From assembly GCA_021613535.1 (NCBI GenBank), contig CP075495.1, positions 4,464,001 through 4,528,000 of the forward strand: a stretch of 64,000 nt of DNA, in the 5' to 3' direction. This stretch comes from Adineta vaga. Taxonomy: Eukaryota > Animalia > Rotifera. A program made the position numbers and the translations under genes. Under the pieces are notes generated by a model. The model searched no databases. It saw nothing but the letters and a program-made list of their open reading frames with translations, and was not told where the DNA came from. Of this stretch, positions 35,201 to 48,490 are shown in pieces (the first letter of the stretch is position 1; every line of letters starts with the position of its first letter).

Positions 35201-38200
35201 AATTTCTCTATGGGACATTTGTTCATAAGTACGTATGATTCACCTATGATTATCTAGAGAATCTCTTTTTTCGTATATGAAAATCAATGGATAAAAAAAA
35301 CTAACCGTATCATCGTTCGAAATGCATATCTATTCTCTCGATATGAATCCGTCTAAAACATTATTTAGACTAATAAATCATACAACAAAGCTGTTAATAA
35401 AACATCATGAAAAACAACTCAGTTTTTATGTACTCAATATCTTAGCCGATTATGCTCGAACAATGCAGCATAAGCAGATTCTACACTGGACATCTAATCG
35501 TGAGGTAGATGCTAAAGAAAATTCACACACGTGTTGTTTTGATTTCTAAAAAAAAAGAAACTCAAAGAAATGAAAAACACACGATCACGATTTTCTTCTT
35601 GTCTCGAATAAAGTAGTAGTGTAATTGATTAAACGCATATGCTACTGCTCTTTTGTTCGAGATGTCAAAGCTCTATAATTGACAAAAATCTACCTGATTT
35701 GTTCTTGCTTACAATCCGATTTTGTGTCATTTAGATTGATACAGCATGCCAAATATTTGCTTACACAAACCGATGAAAGTCTATGTTTGCGCATCATGCA
35801 TGCACTCAAATCAATGGTCAAAAGCAGTTATGAATTCGATTCAAGGGTATATAAATGCTTTTGCTTAGCTTTTGTTTTCTTTTCTTTTTGATTCAATCAA
35901 TAATCAAAAATGAATAGATATCTGATAAATATGTCGTCTTCTTGCCTTTCAGGGACATGGTTTAAGATTGAAATTATTGCGAAGATATTTTTCGGATGAT
36001 AAACAATATCTTAAATCACTTCATCAACCATTAAAAGGTTTGTTTTGAAAAGAAAAAGAAAATCGATTATTTTGTCTTTTATTCTTTGATACTTTTAGAA
36101 GAAGATGCTTTAGAAAGATTACGAATAACACAAAATGAATTGAATAAACAAGGAGCGAGTGATCTTGTTGTAGAATTATTTATGAGTGAATCACCGATTA
36201 ATATACTTGAAGAAAGCGTCAATTTAGCAATAGCATTATTAGAAGGTGGTAATACAGAAGTTCAAGTTCGTAATTAATTTTGATCATTCGTTTTTTAAAT
36301 TGAAAATCTAATCATTTAGATAAGTATTTACCGTCATTTACATGGATCGGAAACAGCATCGGAGAAATTCTTTCAAGTCTTTTATGATAAAATGTGTATT
36401 GCACAAAAAACTCTGAAAAGTATGCCATCAACAACATCAGAAATGAATCAAAATAATGACGATTTTGAAGAAACTATATATTCACCGAAATCTGGTGCAA
36501 TGTCACCAATTTTAAGTCCCACACTGAATGAACGACAACCATCACTTGTTCCAATGACAGATGAAAGTTTTAATTTTGAACAACAACAACCACTGATTGC
36601 ACAAACAACGAATACAATAGATCACAGTTTGTTTTCTAGTTCTATTATATCAAATTTCACATGAATTTTCTTTAAATCGATTTAGATGTTTTAACGATTA
36701 ATCAACCAGAAGAAGAGCCACAAGCATTCGTTGCAAAATTAACTACGTATCAAGAACCAGAATCATTCGAAACACTAAAAAATCCTGCAACTGGAACATT
36801 TGATATTCTTGATTTTCCGTAAGACTTTTCTGGAAAGTATTCGAATTTTACTCTGGTATAATTTTGTTAATTTAGTTCTCAAAATCGTCGTTATAAACTT
36901 CCATTTGAAATTCGTATTATGCAACCAATCTTACGTTTTCTACAACTTCTTTGTGAAAATCATAATCCAGAATTTCAAGTATTTTCCTATTTTCTTCTTT
37001 TTTCAACTTTAAAATTTAATACATTTGTTTAGAACTATCTTCGACTACAAGATAATAATAAAACAAACTATAATCTTGTTTGTGAAACATTGAAATTTCT
37101 TGATGCAATCTGCGGTTCTCAAACTGGATTACTTGGCCTATTAGGAAATTATATCAATGAAGATAATGTTGAATTAATCAATCAAGCATTAAATACGTTA
37201 ACTGAATATTGTCAAGGACCATGTCGAGATAATCAAGATGCAATTGTTAATCATGAATCAAATGGTATTGATATCATTATTGCTATTGTTTTGAATGATA
37301 TAACACCATTGAATCAAAAAAATTATGATCTTGTTTTGGAATTGAAGGTAAAAATGAATTGAATCTTATATATATATATATATATGCATATATGTATGTC
37401 TACAATTTATTCTTTAGGATAATGCATCAAAATTACTTCTAGCTGTGATGGAAAGTCGAGATGACAGTACGAATGCAGAGCGTATTCTTAGAAATATTGT
37501 ACCAGTTTCACAATTGGTACGTTTGAATATTTATTGAATGAGAAAACGAAAGGAATTATCATTTATTTTATGTGTATATTTAGCTTGATGTTGGTTGTGA
37601 TATATATGCACGTGGTAAACAACAAGAAATGGAAGGAAAAAGTGGTCAAGAGACGGAAAATGAAGAAGTATTACATGATGAAGATCCGAATGAAAATTCC
37701 GATAATGTTGCTCAAACTGTTGGTCATAATATGTATATACTCGCATATCAGGTAAGAAATCTTTTGGAATTGATTGTTTGTATTTGAAATCATCGAGAAT
37801 GTTGTTAATAACTTCATATCTTTGCGTTTTCATGTTGTACAACAAATCGAAAAGTATTCTCAGGTATAAATTAAAAAAGAAAATCAAACTAGTAGAAGCA
37901 CCGAGACTATATCTTTTGTCATTTTGCAATTTTGTTTTCCGGCTTATTCACGGATGATGGGAAAATTTATTGGATTTATTAAAAGATTTGTTCATTTTTT
38001 CATGTTGTTTTGTCATTAAGCTTGCTCGTCATAATCGTGAACTTGAAATTTTAATGAAACATCGAACATTGAATGATGAAGCTTTATCATATTATCATAA
38101 ACATACAGCTGAAATTGAAATAATTCGACATGATCGTTCAATTGAACCAAGTAAGATTTTGAATATGAAAAAAGAAAATCACATTTTTTATTTCAAGTTG

Positions 38201-41059
38201 TTTTTCCTGTTCCACAATTATGTGAATTTTTAACTGTTGAAAAAAAACAAAAAGTCTTTCTTACATGTGAACAAGATGAACAAGGTTCAAAAGTAAAAGA
38301 TTTCTTTGAAAAATTTCCTGAAATATTCGAAGAAATGAAATGGCAAAGAAAATTACGACATCAACCAACATTATATTGGTTTTCATCACATATGTCATTA
38401 TGGAGTGATATATCATTCAATTTTGCTGTTTTAATTAATATACTCGTTGCTGTTTTTTACCCATTTAATAAAGGTCTTAAAGGTAAGAAGCAAAATTTGC
38501 TTGAGATCAAGTGAAACTATGTTCGTTTGAATAGATCTTGATCCACGTGCTTCCGCTGCCATATGGAGTGCATTATTCGTAACATTAATTGCTATTCTAA
38601 TGAAACCAAATGTGACATCTATGCGTATGTTTTTTGTTGCGGGAATTTTACGATCAATCTATTCAGTTGGACTTGGACCGACATTATGGTTAATGGGAGC
38701 AATACAAGTAAAGATGATTGTTTTAATTTGATGAAAGAATTTGTAAAATATTATTTTATTTCTTACTTAGGTTTTGAATAAAGGGGTATTTTTAGTTAGT
38801 TTTATGGGAAATAATGGAACATTTTCGAAATCTCGTTATGAGAATTTAACAAACTTTGAACTTGTTTATCATGTCGGATATTTACTTTTGTGTGTATTTG
38901 GTTTATGTGTACATGAATTCTTCTATAGTCTATTGGTAAGTTGATCGTTCATGTATTAATTTGTACTTGTAATTCTATTGTAAATCTATTTCGTCTGTGA
39001 ATTTCAATACTTTGATTATAATGAACAATTATTTTAGAATTGTCAATGCTTTAGAATCATTTGAAGTTTTTTTCTTCTATCAAAATTGATTCAGTGAAGA
39101 TTTATGTTGAAGATCTAATTAGTTCTATATGAGACAGTACAACTGAACATTCGTTAAATGAGGAAAAGACTCTTGAGAAGAATTCTAGTTAGAGCTTTGT
39201 ATTCTTTTATGTATATGTTTTTGTTTTGTTAAAATGTTGTCTTGTATTGATTATCTTAGTTACTCGATGTTGTCTATCGTGAAGATACTTTATGGAATGT
39301 TATTCAATGTGTTGTACGCAATGCTAAATCTGTCATCTTAACAGCTGTTTTTGCTGTTATAATCATATATTTATTTGCTATATGTGGTTATCTATTTATC
39401 CAAGATGATTTTCTTATGGAAGTGAATAATAAACCACTTGGAATTGCTCATGAAAATGATACAAATATATTACGTAAGTTAAAGTCAAGTAATAAAATCT
39501 TTATTACAATACATTTTCTTTTCTTCAATGCTTTTGCTGCTTTAATTATTCGTCGTCGTATCTTTAAATAGAAAAGAAATCATCTCATATTTTCTCTTTC
39601 CAGTTGTTAGATATCGTTTTTCGAGATGCAACTTTATTACAAGTAACACAATCAGTAACACGTAATGGCAAATCTATTATGTTAACAATGATGCTTGCAC
39701 TTGTTTTAATCTATCTTTTTTCTGTTATGGGTTTCGTTTTTTTTCGTGATGATTTTCTTACACATATTCAAACAAGTCTATATCCATCGCATCCACATCA
39801 TCGATATCGACGAACAAATAATTCACCAAAAACCACGACATTGACACGTATGTCAATTAGTCGTTGTATCGTACTATTCTTGTTGATCTTAATTGTTTTG
39901 TCGTCTTTTAAAAACGTAGAAAAGAATATGTATTCTCATGCACTGTTTTCTTTTAGCTACTACCATTCCAAGCATTGTTAATGATGGATATTGTACCAAA
40001 GACAATTGTACTAATGATACATTAACTGGACATATTCGGCACGCTACACAAGCATCAACAATTTTGCCCGAAGAAGCAGTTGGGGAAGAAGTTGAACGAT
40101 CGTGTGACACATTATTCATGTGTATTGTTACAACACTTAATAAAGGCTTGAGGAATGGCGGTGGTATCGGTGACGTTCTAAGGCAGCCATCTAGTCAAGT
40201 GAGTAAAAAATGAAAATATAACCTAGTTTCAATCGGATAGCCAACAGAAATTCTCTTTTATTTGATCTTGTTTCTTCTTGATATGAAATCAAAGAAGTAT
40301 GTTTTGTTATTAGGAGCCACTCTACTTCTTCCGTGTTATTTATGATATGATGTTCTTCTTCATTGTTATTATTATTACTTTGAATTTAATTTTTGGTGTT
40401 ATTATCGATAATTTCGCTGATCTACGTACAGAAAAACAACGCAATGATGAAATTCTTCGAAATACATGTTTTATTTGTGGTAAAATTAAACAGTCTTCTT
40501 CTAATAATATTTTCATGCTTTTATTCTTTAGGACTTGATCGTAAATCATTCGATAATAAACATGTAACATTTGAAGATCATATTCGTAAAGTTCATAATA
40601 TGTGGAATTATGTTTATTTTATGGTTTTAATTAATGTGAAAGATTCAACTGAATATACGGGTCCTGAAAGTTATGTTCATGAAATGATTGAAGTTCGTAC
40701 ATTTTTATTTTATTTTTTCTCTAGAGAAAAAACAAAACAAACTCGTTGAATTTCTTTTTAGCAACGAAATCTTGATTGGTTTCCACGAATGCGTACGAGT
40801 AGTTTAGATATTCAAGAAGATAAAAACAAAGAAGATATGGATAATCGAATATTAAAATTTCAAATGGATGATGCAAATAAAGCAATTAAATCTCTTACAA
40901 TGGAATTATCTGAATTACAAAAATTAGTAAGAAGAAGAAGAATTATGAATGAAATATTGTTATATAAATGTTTGATTTTAGGTAACAGAATCTCGAGCAC
41001 AAAAACATCGAATGAATTTTCTTCAAAATCCATCATTACCAACACCATTGAATGCATAA
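26281..41059 (+). CDS. ITPR: Inositol 1,4,5-trisphosphate receptor
   Basis: [21 protein letters not shown]3-binding core ([26 protein letters not shown]), RIH domains, TEYCQGPC, six TM segments, pore [41 protein letters not shown]. Confidence 0.97.
35369..35504 (+). CDS. ITPR mutually exclusive exon pair 1, variant A ([45 protein letters not shown])
   Basis: ttatttAG acceptor and GTagat donor, 136 nt, phase 2 to 0, no stops, homologous to variant B. Confidence 0.7.
35735..35846 (+). CDS. ITPR mutually exclusive exon pair 1, variant B ([37 protein letters not shown])
   Basis: catttAG acceptor and GTatat donor, 112 nt, phase 2 to 0. Closer to the canonical [27 protein letters not shown] segment. 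Confidence 0.85.
39260..39473 (+). CDS. ITPR mutually exclusive exon pair 2, variant A (S4-S5 linker/TM5/luminal loop)
   Basis: [55 protein letters not shown]..; 214 nt, phase 0 to 1, AG/GTAAGT. Confidence 0.85.
39604..39847 (+). CDS. ITPR mutually exclusive exon pair 2, variant B (S4-S5 linker/TM5/luminal loop)
   Basis: [55 protein letters not shown]..; 244 nt, phase 0 to 1, CAG/GTATGT. Confidence 0.85.
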
Positions 41060-41908
41060 AAGAGAAAACGGTGCTAATCCTTGACAAATTAAAACAAAAA
41101 TAAACAGATTTTTATCTCTTGCTCGCTCTCTTTCGTTCTTATTGTTAATTATCTTTACTTCTTTTTTTCTCGCTTTTTTTTTCTTCTAAAAAAATACTCC
41201 GTTCTTGTCTGTTTTTTTTCTTCTTCTTCTTCTTTTCACTGTGTACACAAACTTTTTAGTATTGCTAAAAAACGTTATTTACTTTTGAGCAAAATGAAAG
41301 TTTGTAATCTCTCTTTCCTTCGTTCGTTCGTTCGGTTTTTTTCTGCATTCTATGTATGTGTGAATGTTGTATTTTTAGACAAAAGAGAAATAAAATTAAC
41401 GGAAACTTTTTTTGAAAAAGAATATCATGATTAGTTGCCAAAAGATGGGTAAGTTGTGTGATTATTAAGAGAAATAATTATGGAAAGGTATATAGCAGAT
41501 CTAACACGAACATTTACGAGAAACTTGAAGTTTTAATGAAAAACTTCGTGAAAAATTGAAGTAAATGAAAGACGAACTGAACAAGAATAAACATCGACGT
41601 GGAGCATCGTTGAAGGAGAATGATTTTATACTGTAGTAGTCATGTTTTAGAATGAAAAAAGAACCCGCTTCTTTCACTGCTCATGTTCTGTTTAAACAAC
41701 TGTTTTTCTGTGTAAATATTTTAAAAACAATTTCTACGCTTTTGTAACATATTTCTGAATTGTATGTAGAAAATCGGAAAAACAGAGAATATGATGATGA
41801 CTATGTTCTGTGTAATATATGCCATTAGATTAGATAATTATAAAGAGCACACTTTTTAAACAGATTTGAATGGATATCGAATTCGATTGCTTGAAAACTT
41901 CCTTTCAG

Positions 41909-43279
41909 ATGAAATATCATTTTTTCTTCATTATCAATATCTGTATTCTGTGTCCAATACAATCGACCATAGGTCCTGGTAGTCGTAAATCTTCTTTAAA
42001 TACTCCAATAATGACGGATCTACCAGAACCTTCTTCGAGTGAAAGTAAACCAGCATCGCAACTTCGTTCTATATTAGAAAATCCCTTACCGCCAACTGAT
42101 ACAAATGTTCTTCAACGTGATCTCTTACAAGAAGATATTAGTCCTCGAACAATTCTAGAAAATCATGAATCATATTGTCATAGTTGTGCTGATATCCGAC
42201 AGTTTTCTAATCCGACTCTTATCTATATTACTCCATGGAATAATCATGGTTATGATTTAGTAAAAATTTTCACACAAAAATTTGATTATATTTCTCCAGT
42301 ATGGTTTCGTATCAAACGTAAAGGTTTTCAAAATTATCTCATTGAAGGACTACACGATATAGACGTATCATGGATCGAAGCTTTAAAAACAAAACGTTCT
42401 GATGTACGTATTGTACCTCGTGTTAGTTTTGAACGATGGTCTGCTGATGATCTTCATGCTTTATTTCAATCTGAAGATGAAAAACAAGAAGTATCATTAA
42501 CATTGAAAAATCTACTGACTGAATACACTCATCTATTTGATGGGTTTGTTCTTGAAATACTTTCACAATTTCATGGTGCGTCAAAAGTAACGATTCATCA
42601 TCTTCTAACTGATATTGCTCAACATATACATGATATTGAAAATACTACGCGTCGAAAAGAAATCATTCTAGCTGTTCCACCCTTAGAAGAATATTTTGAT
42701 CGTAATGATTTTAATCTTTTATCAGAACATTTAGATGGCTTTCATGTTATGACATATGATTTTCCAACGAAAGAACCAGGTCCTGTTTCTCCAATAGGTA
42801 AGTTCACTTTTTTCTCTTTCAATATCAAAATGATTTGATTTTCTTACTGGTCGACAGAATGGATTAAAGAAGTAATGCGTAAATTTCCTATATCTAAACG
42901 TGATGCTTCTGTTAAACTTTTTCTTGGTATCAATTTCTATGGTTATCGATACGATCATATTATGCCACCACCTCCAAAAGATAAATCACAATATCATATG
43001 CAACATATCGTTGGTCGTAGTTATCTTGATTTTCTTAAACAATATTATCCAACAGCAAAAATTCATTTTGATACGCGTGCACATGAACATGTTACTGTTG
43101 TTTATACTCGTTCTGAAGCTAATGTTAATCGGCAAGCACATTATATGCCGCAAATAATTATCTTTTATCCAAGTTTAAAATCAATCTATGATCGTTTACA
43201 ATTAGCAATTAAATTTAACGTTGGAGTAGCTATTTGGGATGGTGGACAAGGATTCGATTATTTTTTCGATCTATTTTAA
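41909..43279 (+). CDS. CHID1: Chitinase domain-containing protein 1 (GH18-like, non-catalytic)
   Basis: Signal peptide, YITPWNNHGYDLVKIFTQKFDYISPVW, FDGFVLE, MTYDF, LGINFYG, GVAIWDGGQGFDYFFDLF. One intron at ~42798-42857. Confidence 0.92.
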
Positions 43280-44247
43280 TTTTAATTTATTAAAATTTTT
43301 GATAGAATAAATATTTTAGATAGTTTATCTACTTTTGTAACCGCCCTCTCATTGACGTATAGGCGTCACTCATATCACAAGCAGGTATGACAAAGCTAAA
43401 AACGTTTTGACGTAACCCACACATCTGTAGATAACAATATATTTCTATTAAAATATAATCTTTCGAATATTTATTCAATAGGTATTCATAAATTTCTTAT
43501 TCAGTTACTCAAATGACCTATGAATTCATTCTTCGTTTATAGTGATATCATGTTATAAGCAGATAAATACCATCAAAGTTATAAAATGAAACATTTTAAC
43601 AATTGGAAACTTATCACATATTGACTCGATATTTATACCTTATTTGACATTTAACTTGATTCATGTATGTTGTACACAGAACAATTGTTTCAAAAACTAA
43701 TATGTTTTCATTTCTTTTCATATGCTCAGATCTAATCAAATTAGGTTGTGACCTAAATGAAGAGAACAATAACACTAGTTTATAATGTGAGAAAAGGTAA
43801 TGATCATTTTTAATTATAAATTTTCAAAGGACTGTTCTCACCAAGTTATGAAAATGCCAAGAGATTTACAATACATTATTCATCAGTTTTATGCTTTCAT
43901 TCTTACAATTCTAATGCTAAGAAAAATTTTGTATCCTTTGGATAATAATTTTCATTTATTTATTCATCATGGTTTTTTTCAATATAACAAACAACAAACA
44001 AAATACTTCGCACAAATACAATAGATATAATAACACTCAGTAACATCTATATATTCATATATAATACGTTTTGGATAGTAAAATTTATTTATGTAATTCT
44101 GTATAATTATTGTTGATACTGAATTACATCTGAAATCTGACAATACAGACAATATGTAGCGAATTTTTTTGTTTTTTTTTTCAAAAAATACTTTCTTTAT
44201 AGATTCTTGTATATACAAAAAAAAGCCAATATAAGAATGAGAAAGGA

Positions 44248-44711
44248 TTAACGACGGTGACGACCAAAACGAGTTGATGGAACATAATGTTTTAAAGCTG
44301 GGGTCCAACCGCGGTCAACAGCTTTTTGAAGTATGTCCATCAACGCCTGACGTGTTTGAGCAGAAAGAGAATGTGCTGGTCTTGATGTACTAAATAGTGA
44401 TCTTTCATGAAACTTTCGCTCTTCATACGAATCATATTTGTCGTCTTCAGCTTTATTGTTATTGTATTCGTCAGAGAGTATCTCGGTGAGTATGAGGTTA
44501 CTATCGTCCGCTAAAAAGAGACGAATATTAGAATAAGATTAAAACTTGAAATAGTTTTTTATTTTAACTTACCGTTACTGTCATCCTCAGATGAAATCGA
44601 TTTTGCGTTATCGATATTGCTTAATTCTTTGTAATATACTGAACGACCAGAAGTGCATGTGAATACGAGTATAACTCCAATGAATATTTGTATTATAATG
44701 TAATAGGCCAT
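44248..44711 (-). CDS. Putative RFamide neuropeptide precursor (133 aa, 2 exons)
   Basis: Exons 44711-44573 and 44510-44248 join in frame through a GTAAGT..TAG intron. Signal peptide MAYYIIIQIFIGVILVFTCTSG, an acidic spacer, an RK site, and C-terminal ALKHYVPSTRF-G-RHRR*. Confidence 0.75.
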
Positions 44712-47676
44712 GATTGAAGTTTTTGTAATGAATCTAGAAAATAATGGTTGATATATATATATATATATATATATGAAGAGGGATTCGTCCTATGATGTAT
44801 AATGTATGTAATACTTAACAAATCAAACAATGACTAAAGATAGAACAGACAAAACGTAGATGAATGATAAAGAATTAGATAAAAACAAAGCGTGGGATGA
44901 GTTTTGGATATACCCAGGTCAATTTTATGTCTACAAAAAGATTGAATTCCCACTATGAGTAAAATAATAAACTTTAGTTGAATATTTTAGGCTATATGCA
45001 TATAATAGAGAAATACTAAAAAGAAATCATACATTTGACATATTTCAAACTACACTTCATATATACATAAAAGTAACGATTGATATGTAATCTCTAAACA
45101 TGCACATGAAAATGATGGAAAAGTTTTAATAAAAGTGAATTGAAATTATCTGTCAAGATAAAAACTATTTATTACTCCAAATATTTTTTGATTGGTTAAA
45201 AACTTAGAATGAAATGTAGGTGCACTCAAGAAACTGAGACAGATAGCCAACGCCTACATAATTTACAATATTACCTATTTCGCTATCTAACAACAATATG
45301 ATAAGATATATAGAGATCATCATAAAACTTAAAAAGAAAAAACTGACAAATACTAAATTATCCCACTTATAAATCGGAATCTAAAGTTCAATAGTTTTTC
45401 TCTTTCTGCTGAAAAATTTATTTTTATGATGACACAATTTTGTTTGCTATTTATTCAGACATCAGTCCTGACTTTGTTCAAAAACTATCTTATTTCAAAA
45501 TACGATATATTTGTAATTTTGATACTATAATTTTCAAGTAATAAAATTGACGTCAGTCTATATATTTATTGACTAAATGATCTTTTCCGAAGCGTAAAAA
45601 ATATTGAATCTATTGAACTTACTCTATTTTCTATTTAAACTACGTGTAAAACACAAAGACCGCGAAGAGTAACAACACATTTTAAGCTTTATATTTGAAG
45701 GACAAGCGAGAACAAACTTCAAATACTTAAATATCATGTATTTTTTTATCAAGTGTATTTGTGGTAATCTTTCCTGTCTGTATTTACTTTTACTAACTAA
45801 GGAATTTTCCTACGTATTTACCAGAGTATATATCTATAAAACAAAGTTACCGTGATGTTTATATGGGGGAGAAAAAAGCCAATTAGAGTATGAATAATGC
45901 GTAATGATACATGAAGTTAAAAATAATAATTCAACAAAAGTAAATAGCTAGAAGAAAAACTCATCTTATATAATATTCTAATCAGAGAACAAACGTCAAT
46001 GAAAATGTATTGTAAAAAAAGCAAACGAAAGAAATAATTTCATCATTTTCTTTTATACGCTCAATAAATGACGACAAGAGCAAAGATCAAGATATATATT
46101 TTATATTTCTCTGTGAATCAACCATCTCTCCCACACAAAAAAAAATAAAATGTTTATGTATACTTACATCAGAACAAGAATCTCATTCAGATCTCATGAG
46201 ATTCACAATATCATTTAATGTCTACTTTTTATTGTCTAATACAAATTGATAAAAACAATCAAATGATTAATGAGATTTCATGTAACAATTTGAATATTAC
46301 GAGAAAAAGTTTTTTTAATTATTCATAGAAATTAATGTCATGTGTCACATGCAAATGAAACATCAGTTTTTATATCAAAGGAATGTCAAAATAGATAAGA
46401 GGTATCGATTCAAATACCTGATTCATAATATATCAATCCAATAAAACAGATATTTATTACTAGATGTATATTTGTATGAATGCAGAAGTGGATAGTCAAT
46501 AAAATTCGAGGATTGAAAAAAGTTTATCATCATGATGAATCAAATATCAACAATTGTAATTGATTGATACGAATGTTTTCTAGTTATACATACGCCCAAA
46601 TGTTGATATATTGATTTTTATTATTGTTGATACGAAACGCGTCATTTAGAATGGGATAGAAATCATCTATGTAGTAAGTACTTCATTTTTCTGCATAAAG
46701 TCGAAATAAATTGGTACATGAATTCGACATCCCAATTTGAATGGCATACTCTAATCCAGTCTATTCATATTTATTCGTATCAAGGAAATATTTGACAAAT
46801 ATGTCAGTAATATTACAACATCATTTCTGTTTTATTAAATCTGAGTACAAATAATAACATGATAGACAATGGGTTTACCATGTCGTTGAATGATCAAACT
46901 AGGAAAATATGCGAGGAGAAGATAATTATTGTTTTATTTAAAAATTTGCACTATGTACCAAGAGTTAAATATATATATATAATTACATGTAAAACTCATT
47001 TGCATGACTTTTGTCAATCTCGTATTATATTACAATCGAAGCCATTGAGGAGTAGTATTTAATGAGCTTTCTAGTAGATTAAAAAGCCTAATTATGATTT
47101 TTTTTAATATCAGTAATGTTCTTAACTTGGACGATAACGTCGAATAAAACAGATGGTAATTAATAGTTCACCAATTTTCTGTTAGAGAAGAGATATTTGT
47201 GATATTTCAATATTAACCGAAGATTTTTGTTGATAACAAACTTGAAATTTTAGTTCAATGTTTCCTTTGATATATAATATTGTGTTCAAATCTTCTCGAC
47301 AGAACATTGTTTAATTCAGACAACGATGACGAAAAATTTGCTAGTCTCGTTCGTATGAATCACTTTTGATTATAACCCATATCGAAAGCCAACTGAGTTG
47401 TCTGATATATTCATTTTTTTCTCTCTCTCTCCTGCAAAACAATTTTAAAATGTGCTTCTCATTTGAAGAAATTCAAAAAATAGTTTCATCCACAAGTATT
47501 ATTCGGAATTCGAATGTTTTAAATCATTGAAGCACAAATTGTTTCGTAAAACTGATTAAATAGTAAAATAAAATAATAAAACAATCGATCTCTTCCAGTT
47601 TTATTTGAATTTCTTCTTCTAAGTTGCATTACCGAGAAAGGTTTTACAACAAAAACAATCTAAAATTTTTCTTTAT

Positions 47677-48003
47677 TTATTTGGTTGTAGCTGGTGCTGT
47701 TGTAGTTGTTGTAGCACCACCGGCTGTTTGTCGATGTGATTTACGTGATTTTGCTACTGTACCTTCACGAAAACCATTTCGAAATCGACGAAAGACTACC
47801 TTTAAATGTTTCATTCGACCAGTGCCAGTTGTTTTTCGACGACGAGCTTTTTCACTCCATTGGTAGCTACGAGTTTTAGCTGATGGAAAACCACAAGCGG
47901 CACAACGTTGTCGTTGTAAATGATATGATGAACGACCACATCGACGACATAATGTGTGAGTTTTGCAATTGCGCTTGCCGAATGATTGTGTACCCTTCGT
48001 CAT
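47677..48003 (-). CDS. RPL37: 60S ribosomal protein L37
   Basis: [56 protein letters not shown]; intronless CDS. Confidence 0.98.
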   Translation of the reverse strand: MTKGTQSFGKRNCKTHTLCRRCGRSSYHLQRQRCAACGFPSAKTRSYQWSEKARRRKTTGTGRMKHLKVVFRRFRNGFREGTVAKSRKSHRQTAGGATTTTTAPATTK

Positions 48004-48490
48004 TGTTTCGACGAAGAAATTCTATGATCTAAATAAAACATTGATAAACATACGATATCAATCGCGGAAAATCATGAGAAAAACAAAAACAAACAGATGA
48101 TATATATATATAAATGAATTTTTACTATGAAAAAACAACGATTCAACAATCCATTCTATCCATAGTTGATTGTATCGTATGGATATCAAATGATTGGATG
48201 TCGTCATGTTTCGACGGATTATAGGTGGTAATAGAATGAATTTATATAATTAATTTCAAACAATTGAATTTCTTCATGAGTTGAATTATGATCAGTATTT
48301 GTATTTAATGAGAGTGAGAAAAACGATTTGCTTGATAGCGACATCTTTTGTAATTGACTCATTAACGTTTTGAAAGAAGAGAAGAAAATGCGAATGACAA
48401 TTAGTATTTCAAAAAACTTTTTAAAAGAATTTATTTCGAAATAGTATCGAATATTTGATCTTTCTTTTTAGAAAGAAAACAATGATATTA

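Noticed and set aside
37798-37863. Possible 66-nt in-frame ITPR cassette exon
   Set aside because: Weak GAG acceptor and only a 46-nt upstream intron; not supportable without reads.
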